64,000 nt of DNA, taken from Hydrogenophaga sp. Lineage in GTDB: Bacteria; Pseudomonadota; Gammaproteobacteria; Burkholderiales; Burkholderiaceae_C. This document shows positions 32,593-41,010 of this stretch, in pieces. Position 1 is the first letter of the stretch. Each line of letters starts with the position of its first letter. The stretch spans positions 15,807-79,806 of the forward strand of contig NZ_JAUCZG010000007.1 in assembly GCF_030373225.1 (NCBI RefSeq), written 5' to 3'. Below the pieces are notes generated by a model. The model saw only the letters and a list, made by a program, of their open reading frames with translations, made no database searches and was not told where the DNA came from. Made by a program: the position numbers and the translations under genes.

Positions 32593-33441
32593 ATGAACCA
32601 CACCCACGTCCTCACCCTGTCCTGCCAGGACCGCCCCGGCATCGTGCACGCCGTCTCGGGTTTTCTCTACGAGCACGGCGGCAACATCGAAGAAGCCGCC
32701 CAGTACAACGACCCGGCCACCGGCCTGTTCTTCATGCGGGTGCAGTTCGCCTGTGCCCAGCTCACGCCGGAAGACCTTCGCCTGCGCCTGAAGCTGTTTG
32801 CCGAGCCCTTCGGCATGCGCTGGAGCCTGCATGCCCTGGCCGAGCCGGTGCGCGCCGTGATCTTCGTGAGCAAGGAAGGCCACTGCCTCAACGACCTGTT
32901 GTTCCGCTGGAAAAGCGGCCTGCTCGCGCTGGACATCCGTGCCATCGTCAGCAACCACCGCGACTTCTACCAGCTCGCCGCGAGCTACAACGTCCCCTTC
33001 CACCACATCGCGGTGAGCGCAGCCACCAAAGCGCAGGCCGAAGCGAAACAGCTCGACATCATCCGCAGCGAAGGCGCCGAACTCGTGGTGCTGGCGCGCT
33101 ACATGCAGGTGCTGAGCAACGACCTGTGCCGGGAACTGGCGGGCAAGGCGATCAACATCCACCACAGCTTCCTGCCCAGCTTCAAGGGCGCCAAGCCGTA
33201 CTACCAGGCGCACGACCGCGGCGTGAAGCTGATCGGAGCCACCGCCCACTACGTCACGGCCGACCTCGACGAGGGACCCATCATCGAACAGGACGTGGCC
33301 CGCGTGGACCACACCGACACGGTGGAAGACCTCACCGCCCGGGGACGCGACACCGAAAGCCAGGTGCTGGCGCGGGCCGTCAAGTGGCACAGCGAGCACC
33401 GCGTGCTGCTCAACGGGCACAAGACGGTGGTGTTCAAGTGA
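32593..33441 (+). CDS. purU: formyltetrahydrofolate deformylase
   Basis: ACT domain (LTLSCQDRPGIVHAVSGFLYEHGGNI) plus a formyltransferase domain (INIHHSFLPSFKGAKPYYQAHDRGVKLIGATAHYVT). Confidence 0.92.
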   Translation: MNHTHVLTLSCQDRPGIVHAVSGFLYEHGGNIEEAAQYNDPATGLFFMRVQFACAQLTPEDLRLRLKLFAEPFGMRWSLHALAEPVRAVIFVSKEGHCLNDLLFRWKSGLLALDIRAIVSNHRDFYQLAASYNVPFHHIAVSAATKAQAEAKQLDIIRSEGAELVVLARYMQVLSNDLCRELAGKAINIHHSFLPSFKGAKPYYQAHDRGVKLIGATAHYVTADLDEGPIIEQDVARVDHTDTVEDLTARGRDTESQVLARAVKWHSEHRVLLNGHKTVVFK

Positions 33442-33502
33442 CTGTGGCCAAACTGCGCCGCTGCGCGGCCCGGTCATCCCTGCAATCGGGGCGCTGACGC
33501 AG

Positions 33503-34375
33503 ATGACGATCCGGATCCCGCCCATCCAGTGCCTGCTCACTTTCGAGGCGCTCGCGCGCCTGCGCAGCGTCACGCAGACGGCGGACGAGCTCAACGTGAC
33601 GCCCAGCGCGGTGAGCCACCGGATCAAGCAGCTGGAGCAGATCCTGGGCACGAAACTGTTCGGGCGGTCCGACTTTTCCCTCACCACCGAGGGCAGCGAA
33701 TACCTGGCCCATGTTCGCGACGGCCTGGCCACGCTGCAGAAATTTCCGAGCCATGCCGCAGCGCCCGGACGGCGCAAACTGCGGGTGGCTGTCACGCCCA
33801 CGTTTGCGCGCTCGGTGCTGCTGCCGCGCCTCAAACAGTTCAGCGACGCCTACCCCGAGATCGACCTCACCTTGCAGGTGAGCATCCCGCTGCTGGACGT
33901 GGTGGCCGAGGACGCCGACCTCACCGTGCGATTCGGCACCGGGCGTTATGCCGACGTGGAACACGTCTGCCTCATGAAGGACGAGGTGACGCCGCTGGCC
34001 TCACCCGCGTTCGTGCGCGAACACGGTCCATTCGAAACGGCCCAGGATCTGGACAGCGTGCCACTGCTGCGCAGCCCGCTGGAGCCCTGGCGCACCTGGT
34101 TCGCCGCACACGACCTGGACTGGCCGGAGCCCGCCGAGGGCTCGCAGTTCAACGACATCGGCCTGATGTGCGACGGCGCCGCCGCCGGCATGGGCGTGGC
34201 ACTGGTCCGCCTCAAGCTCGCGGCCCCCTGGCTCGAACATGGCACGCTGGTGCCGCTGTACAGCCGCCACGTGCCCAGCCCGCACGCGCACTACCTGTGC
34301 TGGCGCACCGGGACCATGGACCGGTGGGAATGCGCGGCGTTTGCCGAGTGGCTCAAGAAGGCCACCAGCCAGTAA
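33503..34375 (+). CDS. LysR family transcriptional regulator (GcvA-like)
   Basis: HTH region LTFEALARLRSVTQTADELNVTPSAVSHRIKQLE plus a LysR substrate-binding domain. Confidence 0.85.
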   Translation: MTIRIPPIQCLLTFEALARLRSVTQTADELNVTPSAVSHRIKQLEQILGTKLFGRSDFSLTTEGSEYLAHVRDGLATLQKFPSHAAAPGRRKLRVAVTPTFARSVLLPRLKQFSDAYPEIDLTLQVSIPLLDVVAEDADLTVRFGTGRYADVEHVCLMKDEVTPLASPAFVREHGPFETAQDLDSVPLLRSPLEPWRTWFAAHDLDWPEPAEGSQFNDIGLMCDGAAAGMGVALVRLKLAAPWLEHGTLVPLYSRHVPSPHAHYLCWRTGTMDRWECAAFAEWLKKATSQ

Positions 34376-34380
34376 CCAAC

Positions 34381-34510
34381 TCAGCCCCGGCGCAGCGGGG
34401 GAGCGTGGGGGCAAAAGGCCCCGGGCCAGCCGCAGGGCCGCCCCAAGGCGGGCCCAGCCCCCTCGGGGGGCAGCGACCCTCGCGCAGCGGGGGAGCGTGG
34501 GGGCTCCCCC
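34381..34510 (+). repeat. REP-like intergenic repeat, family B, copy 1 (composite)
   Basis: Core ...aaggcgggcccagccccctcggggggcagcgaccctcgcgcagcgggggagcgtgggggc, plus an extra upstream copy of the cgcagcgggggagcgtggggg module. Related copies at 46498-46573 and, inverted, at 57479-57600. Confidence 0.8.
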
Positions 34511-34511
34511 C

Positions 34512-34934
34512 TCACTCGATCGTGAGGCGTTGCCCGGTCACCGGCAGCTTTTTGGGCAAAGTGAGTTGAAGCACACCGTTTTCGTACCTGGCCTTCGCCG
34601 TCGCGTTGTCGATGTCCTGCGGCAGCTGGAAGCTGCGCGACACGGCGCCGTGGTAGCGCTCGCTGCGCAACAGTTTCTCGCCCTCCGACTGGCTGTCCTG
34701 CTGCCGGATCTCGGCGCGCAGCGTGACCACCGGTCCGTCGATCGTGACGTGGATGTCCTCGCGCGACACGCCGGGCACCTCGGCTTCCACGGCGTAGGCG
34801 TCGGGCGTTTCCCTGACGTCGATCCGGATCTGGGCGGGCAATCCCTCCCCGTGCAGGGGTTTGACGTAAAAGCCGGGGGCGACGTCCTTGAAGAAGTCGT
34901 CGAACAGGTTGCTGCGGGCAATCAGACGGTTCAT
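34512..34934 (-). CDS. Hsp20/alpha-crystallin family small heat-shock protein
   Basis: The alpha-crystallin domain reads IRIDVRETPDAYAVEAEVPGVSREDIHVTIDG...RSFQLPQDID...ARYENGVLQLTLPK. Confidence 0.9.
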   Translation of the reverse strand: MNRLIARSNLFDDFFKDVAPGFYVKPLHGEGLPAQIRIDVRETPDAYAVEAEVPGVSREDIHVTIDGPVVTLRAEIRQQDSQSEGEKLLRSERYHGAVSRSFQLPQDIDNATAKARYENGVLQLTLPKKLPVTGQRLTIE

Positions 34935-34992
34935 GGCAAATGCTCCTGAAAAGGGGTTGAACGGCGCCGCCCGGAGGCGGTTTTCGGTGGCT

Positions 34993-35024
34993 CACAATTG
35001 ATGCTGCTGGCCGGAAATTTCAAG
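34993..35024 (-). promoter_or_regulatory. possible sigma-32 (RpoH) type promoter for the Hsp20 gene
   Basis: The minus strand reads gCCCTCTTGAAAtttccggccagCAGCATCAat. The -35 matches CCCTTGAA well, the -10 resembles CCCCATNT only partly, and the spacer is at the short end. Confidence 0.35.
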
Positions 35025-35106
35025 AGGGCTGCAGTTTTCCTCAAACCGCACGCGGGGCTTTGTCCTAAACTGGGTCGGCCAACTTGCAGACCCCACAGGC
35101 TCGCCC

Positions 35107-36609
35107 ATGAACGCTCCCGCCTCCCCCGCCCAGACCACCCAGATCCAGCGCGCCGCCCGCCAGGCCGATGTGGTGCGCGCCCTGCAGGCGGTGTTGCCGG
35201 GTCATGCCCTGCTCTGGCAGGCCGAAGACACCGTGCCCTACGAATGCGACGGCCTCACGGCCTACCGCGAACGCCCGCTGGTGGTGGTGCTGCCCGAAAC
35301 CGAAAGCCAGGTCGCTGCGGTGCTCAAGGCCTGCCATGCGCTGGACGTGCCGGTGGTGGCGCGCGGCGCGGGCACCGGCTTGTCGGGTGGAGCGATGCCG
35401 CACGCCATGGGGGTCACGATGTCGCTGGCCAAGTTCAACCGCATCCTCCAGATCGACCCGCGCTCGCGCACGGCAGTGGTGCAGGCAGGCGTTCGCAACC
35501 TCGCCATTTCGGAGGCCGCAGCGCCCCACGGCCTCTATTACGCCCCCGACCCGAGCAGCCAGATCGCCTGCACCATCGGCGGCAACGTGGCGGAGAACTC
35601 CGGTGGCGTGCACTGCCTGAAGTACGGCTTGACGGTGCACAACGTGCTGCAGGTGCGCGGCTACACGGTTGAAGGTGAGCCGGTCACCTTCGGCGGCGAG
35701 TCCCTGGACGTGCCCGGCTTCGACCTGCTCTCCCTGATCATCGGCAGCGAAGGCATGCTGGCCGTGACCACCGAAGTGACCGTGAAGCTGGTTCCCAAGC
35801 CGCTGCTGGCGCGCTGCATCATGGCCAGCTTCGACGACATCCGCAAGGCCGGTGATGCGGTGGCGTCGGTCATCGCCGCCGGCATCATCCCGGCCGGGCT
35901 GGAGATGATGGACAAACCCATGACGGCCGCGGTCGAGGACTTCGTGCACGCCGGCTACGACCTGAACGCCGAGGCGATCCTCTTGTGCGAGAGCGACGGC
36001 ACGCCCGAAGAGGTGGAAGAAGAAATCGGGCGCATGAGCGAGGTGTTGCGCCGCTGCGGCGCCACCGCCATCGCCGTCAGCCAGAACGAGGCCGAACGCC
36101 TGCGTTTCTGGAGCGGTCGCAAGAACGCCTTTCCAGCGAGCGGGCGCATCAGCCCCGACTACATGTGCATGGACTCGACCATTCCGCGCAAGCGCCTGGC
36201 CGACATCCTGCTGGCGATCGCGGAAATGGAGAAAAAGTACCAGCTGCGCTGCGCCAACGTGTTCCACGCGGGCGACGGCAACCTGCATCCGCTGATCCTG
36301 TTCGATGCCAACGATGCCGACCAGCTGCACCGCTGCGAGCTCTTCGGCGCCGAGATCCTCGAGACCAGCGTGGCCATGGGCGGCACCGTGACCGGCGAGC
36401 ATGGCGTGGGCGTGGAGAAACTCAACAGCATGTGCGTGCAGTTCTCACCCGAGGAAAACGAACAGATGTTCAGCGTGAAGCGGGCGTTTGATACCAAATC
36501 GCTACTGAATCCCGGCAAGGTCATTCCCACGCTGCAACGTTGTGCTGAGTACGGAAAAATGCTGGTGCGTGGCGGGCGCCTCGCGCACCCGGAACTGCCC
36601 CGCTTCTGA
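35107..36609 (+). CDS. glcD: FAD-linked oxidase, glycolate oxidase subunit GlcD-like
   Basis: FAD_binding_4 motif VVARGAGTGLSGGAMP and a C-terminal HAGDGNLHPLILFD...GTVTGEHGVGVEK. No glcE or glcF follows. Confidence 0.75.
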   Translation: MNAPASPAQTTQIQRAARQADVVRALQAVLPGHALLWQAEDTVPYECDGLTAYRERPLVVVLPETESQVAAVLKACHALDVPVVARGAGTGLSGGAMPHAMGVTMSLAKFNRILQIDPRSRTAVVQAGVRNLAISEAAAPHGLYYAPDPSSQIACTIGGNVAENSGGVHCLKYGLTVHNVLQVRGYTVEGEPVTFGGESLDVPGFDLLSLIIGSEGMLAVTTEVTVKLVPKPLLARCIMASFDDIRKAGDAVASVIAAGIIPAGLEMMDKPMTAAVEDFVHAGYDLNAEAILLCESDGTPEEVEEEIGRMSEVLRRCGATAIAVSQNEAERLRFWSGRKNAFPASGRISPDYMCMDSTIPRKRLADILLAIAEMEKKYQLRCANVFHAGDGNLHPLILFDANDADQLHRCELFGAEILETSVAMGGTVTGEHGVGVEKLNSMCVQFSPEENEQMFSVKRAFDTKSLLNPGKVIPTLQRCAEYGKMLVRGGRLAHPELPRF

Positions 36610-36658
36610 GGGTCAAATATCACGTTCAACACACCGCCCCCTGCGGTACAGTTGATCG

Positions 36659-39600
36659 ATGAGTGCTCTCTTCCCTCCGAAAGACAGCCGTCTGGACCTG
36701 AACCGACCCGAGGCAATGACCTCGGCGCGCGAGCGGGCGCTGCTGCTGGAGATCGAGACCCTCAAAGCCGAGAACCTGCACCTGCGTCGCAGCTATGCAC
36801 AAAAGCTGGGCGGCAGCCTGAACGAGGGTTCCGCCACCCGTCCTGGCGCCGCTGCGGATCTGCCGCTGTCGCTTGAACTGGCGCTCGACGCCGACCAGGA
36901 CTCGCCGCTGGCCGCAGCGCAACTCGAATACGAGGCGCTCTTCGCCGCGCTGGGCAGCGCCTTTCCGATCGGCATTTTCCGCACCGACCAGGCGGGCCTG
37001 CTGACGCATGTCGACGCCCGGCTGCAGCAGATTTTCGCGCTGGGCAAACAGGACTTCCCCAATTTCGGCTGGCTCGACCGGGTGCACCCCGACGATCTGC
37101 AACGCGTGCAGGAGCACTGGGTGCGCGCGATCTCCACCGGCGAGAGCCTGAGCATCGAGTTCCGCGTGATCCGGCCGGGCAACGAGGTGGTGCATGTGCT
37201 GACGCGCAACTCCCCGTTGCGGGACGCGCAAGGCAACGTGACCAGCCAGCTCGGCTTCATGCAGGACATCACGCCCATGCGTGAACTCGAGGCCGACGCC
37301 CGCATCAAGGACGAGCTCAACCGCCAGATCATCGCCAGCAGCCCGGACTGCACCAAGGTGCTCGACCTCGAGGGACGGGTGGTCCAGATGACGGCGCAAG
37401 GCTGTCGCCTGGTGGAGGTGGACGATTTCGAACAGGTGCGCATGGGCCCCTGGGTCGACTGGTGGCCCGACGATGGCTTGCAGCTGGCGCAGGAATCGAT
37501 CGATTCCGCCCGCCTTGGCGAGAGCGCGCGCTTCGTGGCCTATGGGCCCACGTTCAAGGGCACACCCAAGTGGTGGGACACCATGGTCACGCCGATCTGC
37601 GACGCCCAGGGTCAGCCGGTCTTGTTGCTTGCGGTTTCGCGCGACATCACCGAGCAGCATCTGCAGCAGGAAAGCATCCAGCGCTTCAACGCCGAGCTCG
37701 AGAACGCTGTTCAGCAGCGCACCGAGGAACTGGCCGAGGCCAAGAACCGCATCCAGAGCGCACTGCGTGAAGCCCAGATTGCCTACAACCAGGCGCCCTG
37801 CGGTTACCACTCGGTCGACGCCACCGGCCTGTATGTGCTGATCAACCAGACCGAGCTCGACTGGTTGGGCTACGACAACCGCAGCGAGGTGGTGGGCAAG
37901 AAACACTTCCGCGACCATGTCCAGCCCGCCTACCTCGAAGCGGTGATCGAGCGTCTCCAGCGATTGCTGCGCGGCGAGACGCTGGAGGCCGCCGAGATCG
38001 GCATGCTGCGGCGCGACGGAACCGGATTCGTGGCGCTGCTCAGCACCACCGCGGTCCTCGACAGCCAGGGTCGTTTTCTGCGCACGAACAACACGCTGGT
38101 CGACATCACCGACCGCAAGGCGGCCGAGCTGGCCCTGGCCGCGCAGCGCAATTTCCTGCATACCATCACCAGCAGCGTGCCGGTGCAACTGGCGTTCTTC
38201 GACCGTGACCTGATCTGCCGTTTCGCCAATGCGAGCTATGCACGGTGGCTCAATGGCACGCCCGACCAGCTGGTCGGCCTCCACCTGAGCCAGATCGCCC
38301 GCCCCCAGGATTTTGAAACGGCGCGCCCGCGTCTGGAAGGTGCGTTGGCCGGTGTGGCCCAGCGTTTCGAGGGTGAGCGGGCCTTCCCCGACGGCAAAGC
38401 CTTCTACGCCAGCATCGACTACACCCCCTACGTGCACGACGACGAGGTCGCCGGGCTGTTCATCCAGATGCTCGACATCACCGAGCGCAAGGCATCGGAA
38501 GACCTGGTCAGCCACGCGAACTGCCAGCTCAACCAGGCGCTGAGCCAGGCCCAGGCGCTCTACAACCAGGCTCCTTGCGGCTACCACTCGCTCGACATCA
38601 ACGGGACCTTCGTATCGATCAACGACACCGAGCTGGAGTGGCTGGGCCTCAGCCGTGAAGAAGTGGTGGGCAAGATGCGGTTTCACGACGTGATCCCGCT
38701 CGCCGACGTGCCGCTGCTCGAAGCCCGCATGCGCAAGATCCTCAAGGGCGATGCGCTCGAGGGTGTGGAATACCGCATGCAGCGGCGCGATGGCAGCACC
38801 TTCCACGCCTTGCTGTCCTCGTCCGCGGTGCGCGACAAGGACGGGTTCTTCCTGCGCAGCAACACCACCGTGGTGGACATCACGCGCCGCAAGGCGGCCG
38901 AGACCTCGTTGCGTGACAACCAGCGTTTCCTGCAGACCATCACCGACCATGTCCCCGGCCTGATCGCCTACCTGGACGCCGGCTTGCGTTTCCGCTTCGC
39001 CAATGCCGAGCACCTGCGCGTCTACGGCATGGACCCGGTGCGCATCATGGGCCAGCACATCAGCCAGTGCGTCAAGCCCGAGGTCTGGGCCGACATCCAG
39101 CCCCGCATGCTGGCCGCGCTGGGCGGCGAGGCACAGCACTTCACGACCTGGCGGCCAACCATCGACGGCAAGCACATCTATGTCAGTGCCCGCTACCTGC
39201 CCGATGTGCAGAACGGCAAGGTGATGGGCCTGTTCGTACAGATCATCGACATCACTGCGAGCAAGCTGATCGAAGAGCGGGTGAGCAACCTCAACGAGGA
39301 GCTCGAACAGCGCATCCGTGAACGCTCGGCGGAGTTGCTGGAGGCCGAGCAGCGGTTCCGCCTGATGGTGGACAACCTGCGCGACTACTGCATCTTCTTC
39401 ATGGATGCAGACGGCCTGATCACCGACTGGACCGACAGCGCCCAGCGCATGGACGGCTACTCGCCCACCCAGATGCTGGGTCGGCACTATGGCGTGCTGT
39501 TCGACCCGGCCAACCCGGAGCACGGCCGGGTCCGGGCCGACCAGATGCTGCGCCTGGCAGCATCGCGCGGTCAACACGAGCTGCACAACTGGCACACGCG

Positions 39601-40522
39601 CAAGGACGGCACCCAGTACTGGTCGCACTCGGTGCTGATTGCCCTGCGCGACGACACGGGCGAGCTGCGCGGCTTCGCCAAGATCAACCGGGACATGACC
39701 GACGCCAAGCGGCTCGACGACCTGATGCGCAACATCAACGACGAGCTGGAGAACCGGGTGGTCGAGCGCACCGAACAGCTGCTGGCGGCCAACAAGGACC
39801 TGGAGTCCTTCTCGTACTCGGTGTCGCACGACCTGCGCTCGCCGCTGCGCCACATCTCCAGCTTCGTCAGCCTGCTCGAAGAGCACATGGGCAGCCAGTG
39901 CGACGAGGTGAGTGCGCGTTACCTCGGCACCATCGGCAACTCGGCCCGCCACATGAGCCAGCTCATCGATGGCCTGCTGGCGTTTTCCCGCCTGGGCCGC
40001 GCGGCGGTCAGTGTGACGCCGGTGGACTTCCAGTTGCTGGTCGAGGCGGTGGTGGGCCAGATCGGCCACGACACCGAGGGCCGGGTGGTGGACTGGGTGG
40101 TGGCCACCGATCTGCCGGTGGTGCAGGGCGACGCCCTGCTGCTGCGCGAAGTGTGGGCCAATCTGTTGGGCAACGCCTACAAATACAGCCGGCCGCGTGA
40201 ACGAACGCGCATCGAGGTGGGCTGGAGCGTCGACCCGGTGGTGGGTTACACCTTCTTTGTCCGTGACAATGGTGTGGGTTTCGACACAAAATACGCACAG
40301 AAGCTGTTCGGCGTGTTCCAACGATTGCACCGGGCGTCCGAATTCGAGGGCACGGGCATCGGTCTGGCGCTCACAAGGCGCATCATCGAGCGGCACAGCG
40401 GCAGCATATGGGCCGAAAGCGAACTCGGTGTTGGCAGCGTTTTTTACTTCTCCCTACCTTTTGAGGGCCCCGGATTTTCGGACTCCACCCTGGACTCGAT
40501 GCCTGCCCCCCTGGAATCATGA
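36659..40522 (+). CDS. multi-PAS/PAC sensor histidine kinase
   Basis: 1287 aa: an N-terminal coiled coil, several PAS/PAC units (the YNQAPCGYHS motif occurs twice), the H-box SYSVSHDLRSPLRHI and the ATPase motifs NLLGNAYKYS, DNGVGFD, GTGIGLAL. Confidence 0.9.
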   Translation: MSALFPPKDSRLDLNRPEAMTSARERALLLEIETLKAENLHLRRSYAQKLGGSLNEGSATRPGAAADLPLSLELALDADQDSPLAAAQLEYEALFAALGSAFPIGIFRTDQAGLLTHVDARLQQIFALGKQDFPNFGWLDRVHPDDLQRVQEHWVRAISTGESLSIEFRVIRPGNEVVHVLTRNSPLRDAQGNVTSQLGFMQDITPMRELEADARIKDELNRQIIASSPDCTKVLDLEGRVVQMTAQGCRLVEVDDFEQVRMGPWVDWWPDDGLQLAQESIDSARLGESARFVAYGPTFKGTPKWWDTMVTPICDAQGQPVLLLAVSRDITEQHLQQESIQRFNAELENAVQQRTEELAEAKNRIQSALREAQIAYNQAPCGYHSVDATGLYVLINQTELDWLGYDNRSEVVGKKHFRDHVQPAYLEAVIERLQRLLRGETLEAAEIGMLRRDGTGFVALLSTTAVLDSQGRFLRTNNTLVDITDRKAAELALAAQRNFLHTITSSVPVQLAFFDRDLICRFANASYARWLNGTPDQLVGLHLSQIARPQDFETARPRLEGALAGVAQRFEGERAFPDGKAFYASIDYTPYVHDDEVAGLFIQMLDITERKASEDLVSHANCQLNQALSQAQALYNQAPCGYHSLDINGTFVSINDTELEWLGLSREEVVGKMRFHDVIPLADVPLLEARMRKILKGDALEGVEYRMQRRDGSTFHALLSSSAVRDKDGFFLRSNTTVVDITRRKAAETSLRDNQRFLQTITDHVPGLIAYLDAGLRFRFANAEHLRVYGMDPVRIMGQHISQCVKPEVWADIQPRMLAALGGEAQHFTTWRPTIDGKHIYVSARYLPDVQNGKVMGLFVQIIDITASKLIEERVSNLNEELEQRIRERSAELLEAEQRFRLMVDNLRDYCIFFMDADGLITDWTDSAQRMDGYSPTQMLGRHYGVLFDPANPEHGRVRADQMLRLAASRGQHELHNWHTRKDGTQYWSHSVLIALRDDTGELRGFAKINRDMTDAKRLDDLMRNINDELENRVVERTEQLLAANKDLESFSYSVSHDLRSPLRHISSFVSLLEEHMGSQCDEVSARYLGTIGNSARHMSQLIDGLLAFSRLGRAAVSVTPVDFQLLVEAVVGQIGHDTEGRVVDWVVATDLPVVQGDALLLREVWANLLGNAYKYSRPRERTRIEVGWSVDPVVGYTFFVRDNGVGFDTKYAQKLFGVFQRLHRASEFEGTGIGLALTRRIIERHSGSIWAESELGVGSVFYFSLPFEGPGFSDSTLDSMPAPLES

Positions 40523-41004
40523 GCAAAAACGCCGACGCGATCCTTCTGGTCGAAGACAACCCCGACGATGCAGAGCTGACCAAACTGGCGCTCTCCCGGC
40601 ATGGCCTTGACGGCCGGGTCACCCATGTTTCGGACGGCATGCAGGCACTGGACTACCTGCACCGGCGCAACGGCTTCAGCAACCGCTCCGGCAGCAACCC
40701 TGTTCTGGTGCTGCTCGACCTCAAGATGCCACTGCTCGACGGGATCGGTGTGCTCAAGGAAATCAAGGGCAGCGACCTGTTGCACAACATCCCGGTGGTG
40801 GTGCTGACCTCATCCACCGAACCCAGCGACCTGCTGCGCGCCTACGACGCAGGCACCAACGCCTACATCGCCAAGCCGACCGAGTTCTCGCAGTTTCTCA
40901 GCGCGATGAAACACGTGTGCGAGTTCTGGATCAACATCAACCAGACGGCGCCGCAAACCGTCAATGCCGCGGTGCGCAACACGGGCTTTGGCGACCTCAT
41001 CTGA
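40519..41004 (+). CDS. single-domain response regulator (CheY/Rcp1-like)
   Basis: ILLVEDNPDDAELT...VLLDLKMPLLDG...VVVLTSS...AYIAKP. Its ATG overlaps the kinase stop (ATGA). Confidence 0.9.
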   Translation: MSKNADAILLVEDNPDDAELTKLALSRHGLDGRVTHVSDGMQALDYLHRRNGFSNRSGSNPVLVLLDLKMPLLDGIGVLKEIKGSDLLHNIPVVVLTSSTEPSDLLRAYDAGTNAYIAKPTEFSQFLSAMKHVCEFWININQTAPQTVNAAVRNTGFGDLI

Positions 41005-41010
41005 GGTGCC

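Noticed and set aside
34381-34510. Possibility that the GC-rich repeats (families A and B) form a CRISPR array.
   Set aside because: The copies are dispersed over tens of kb rather than regularly spaced with short unique spacers. The two modules within one locus are separated by other repeat sequence, and no cas genes are present.
35107-36609. GlcD-like gene without glcE/glcF, considered as a possible operon disruption or pseudogenisation.
   Set aside because: The ORF is intact and full length with all FAD-oxidase motifs. Stand-alone GlcD-like D-2-hydroxyacid dehydrogenases are common, so this is noted only as context under the kinase finding.
36626-40396. A 1256-aa minus-strand ORF lies antisense to the multi-PAS kinase.
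   Set aside because: There are no recognisable domains and the composition is typical of antisense frames. The sense strand has PAS, HisKA and HATPase signatures throughout.
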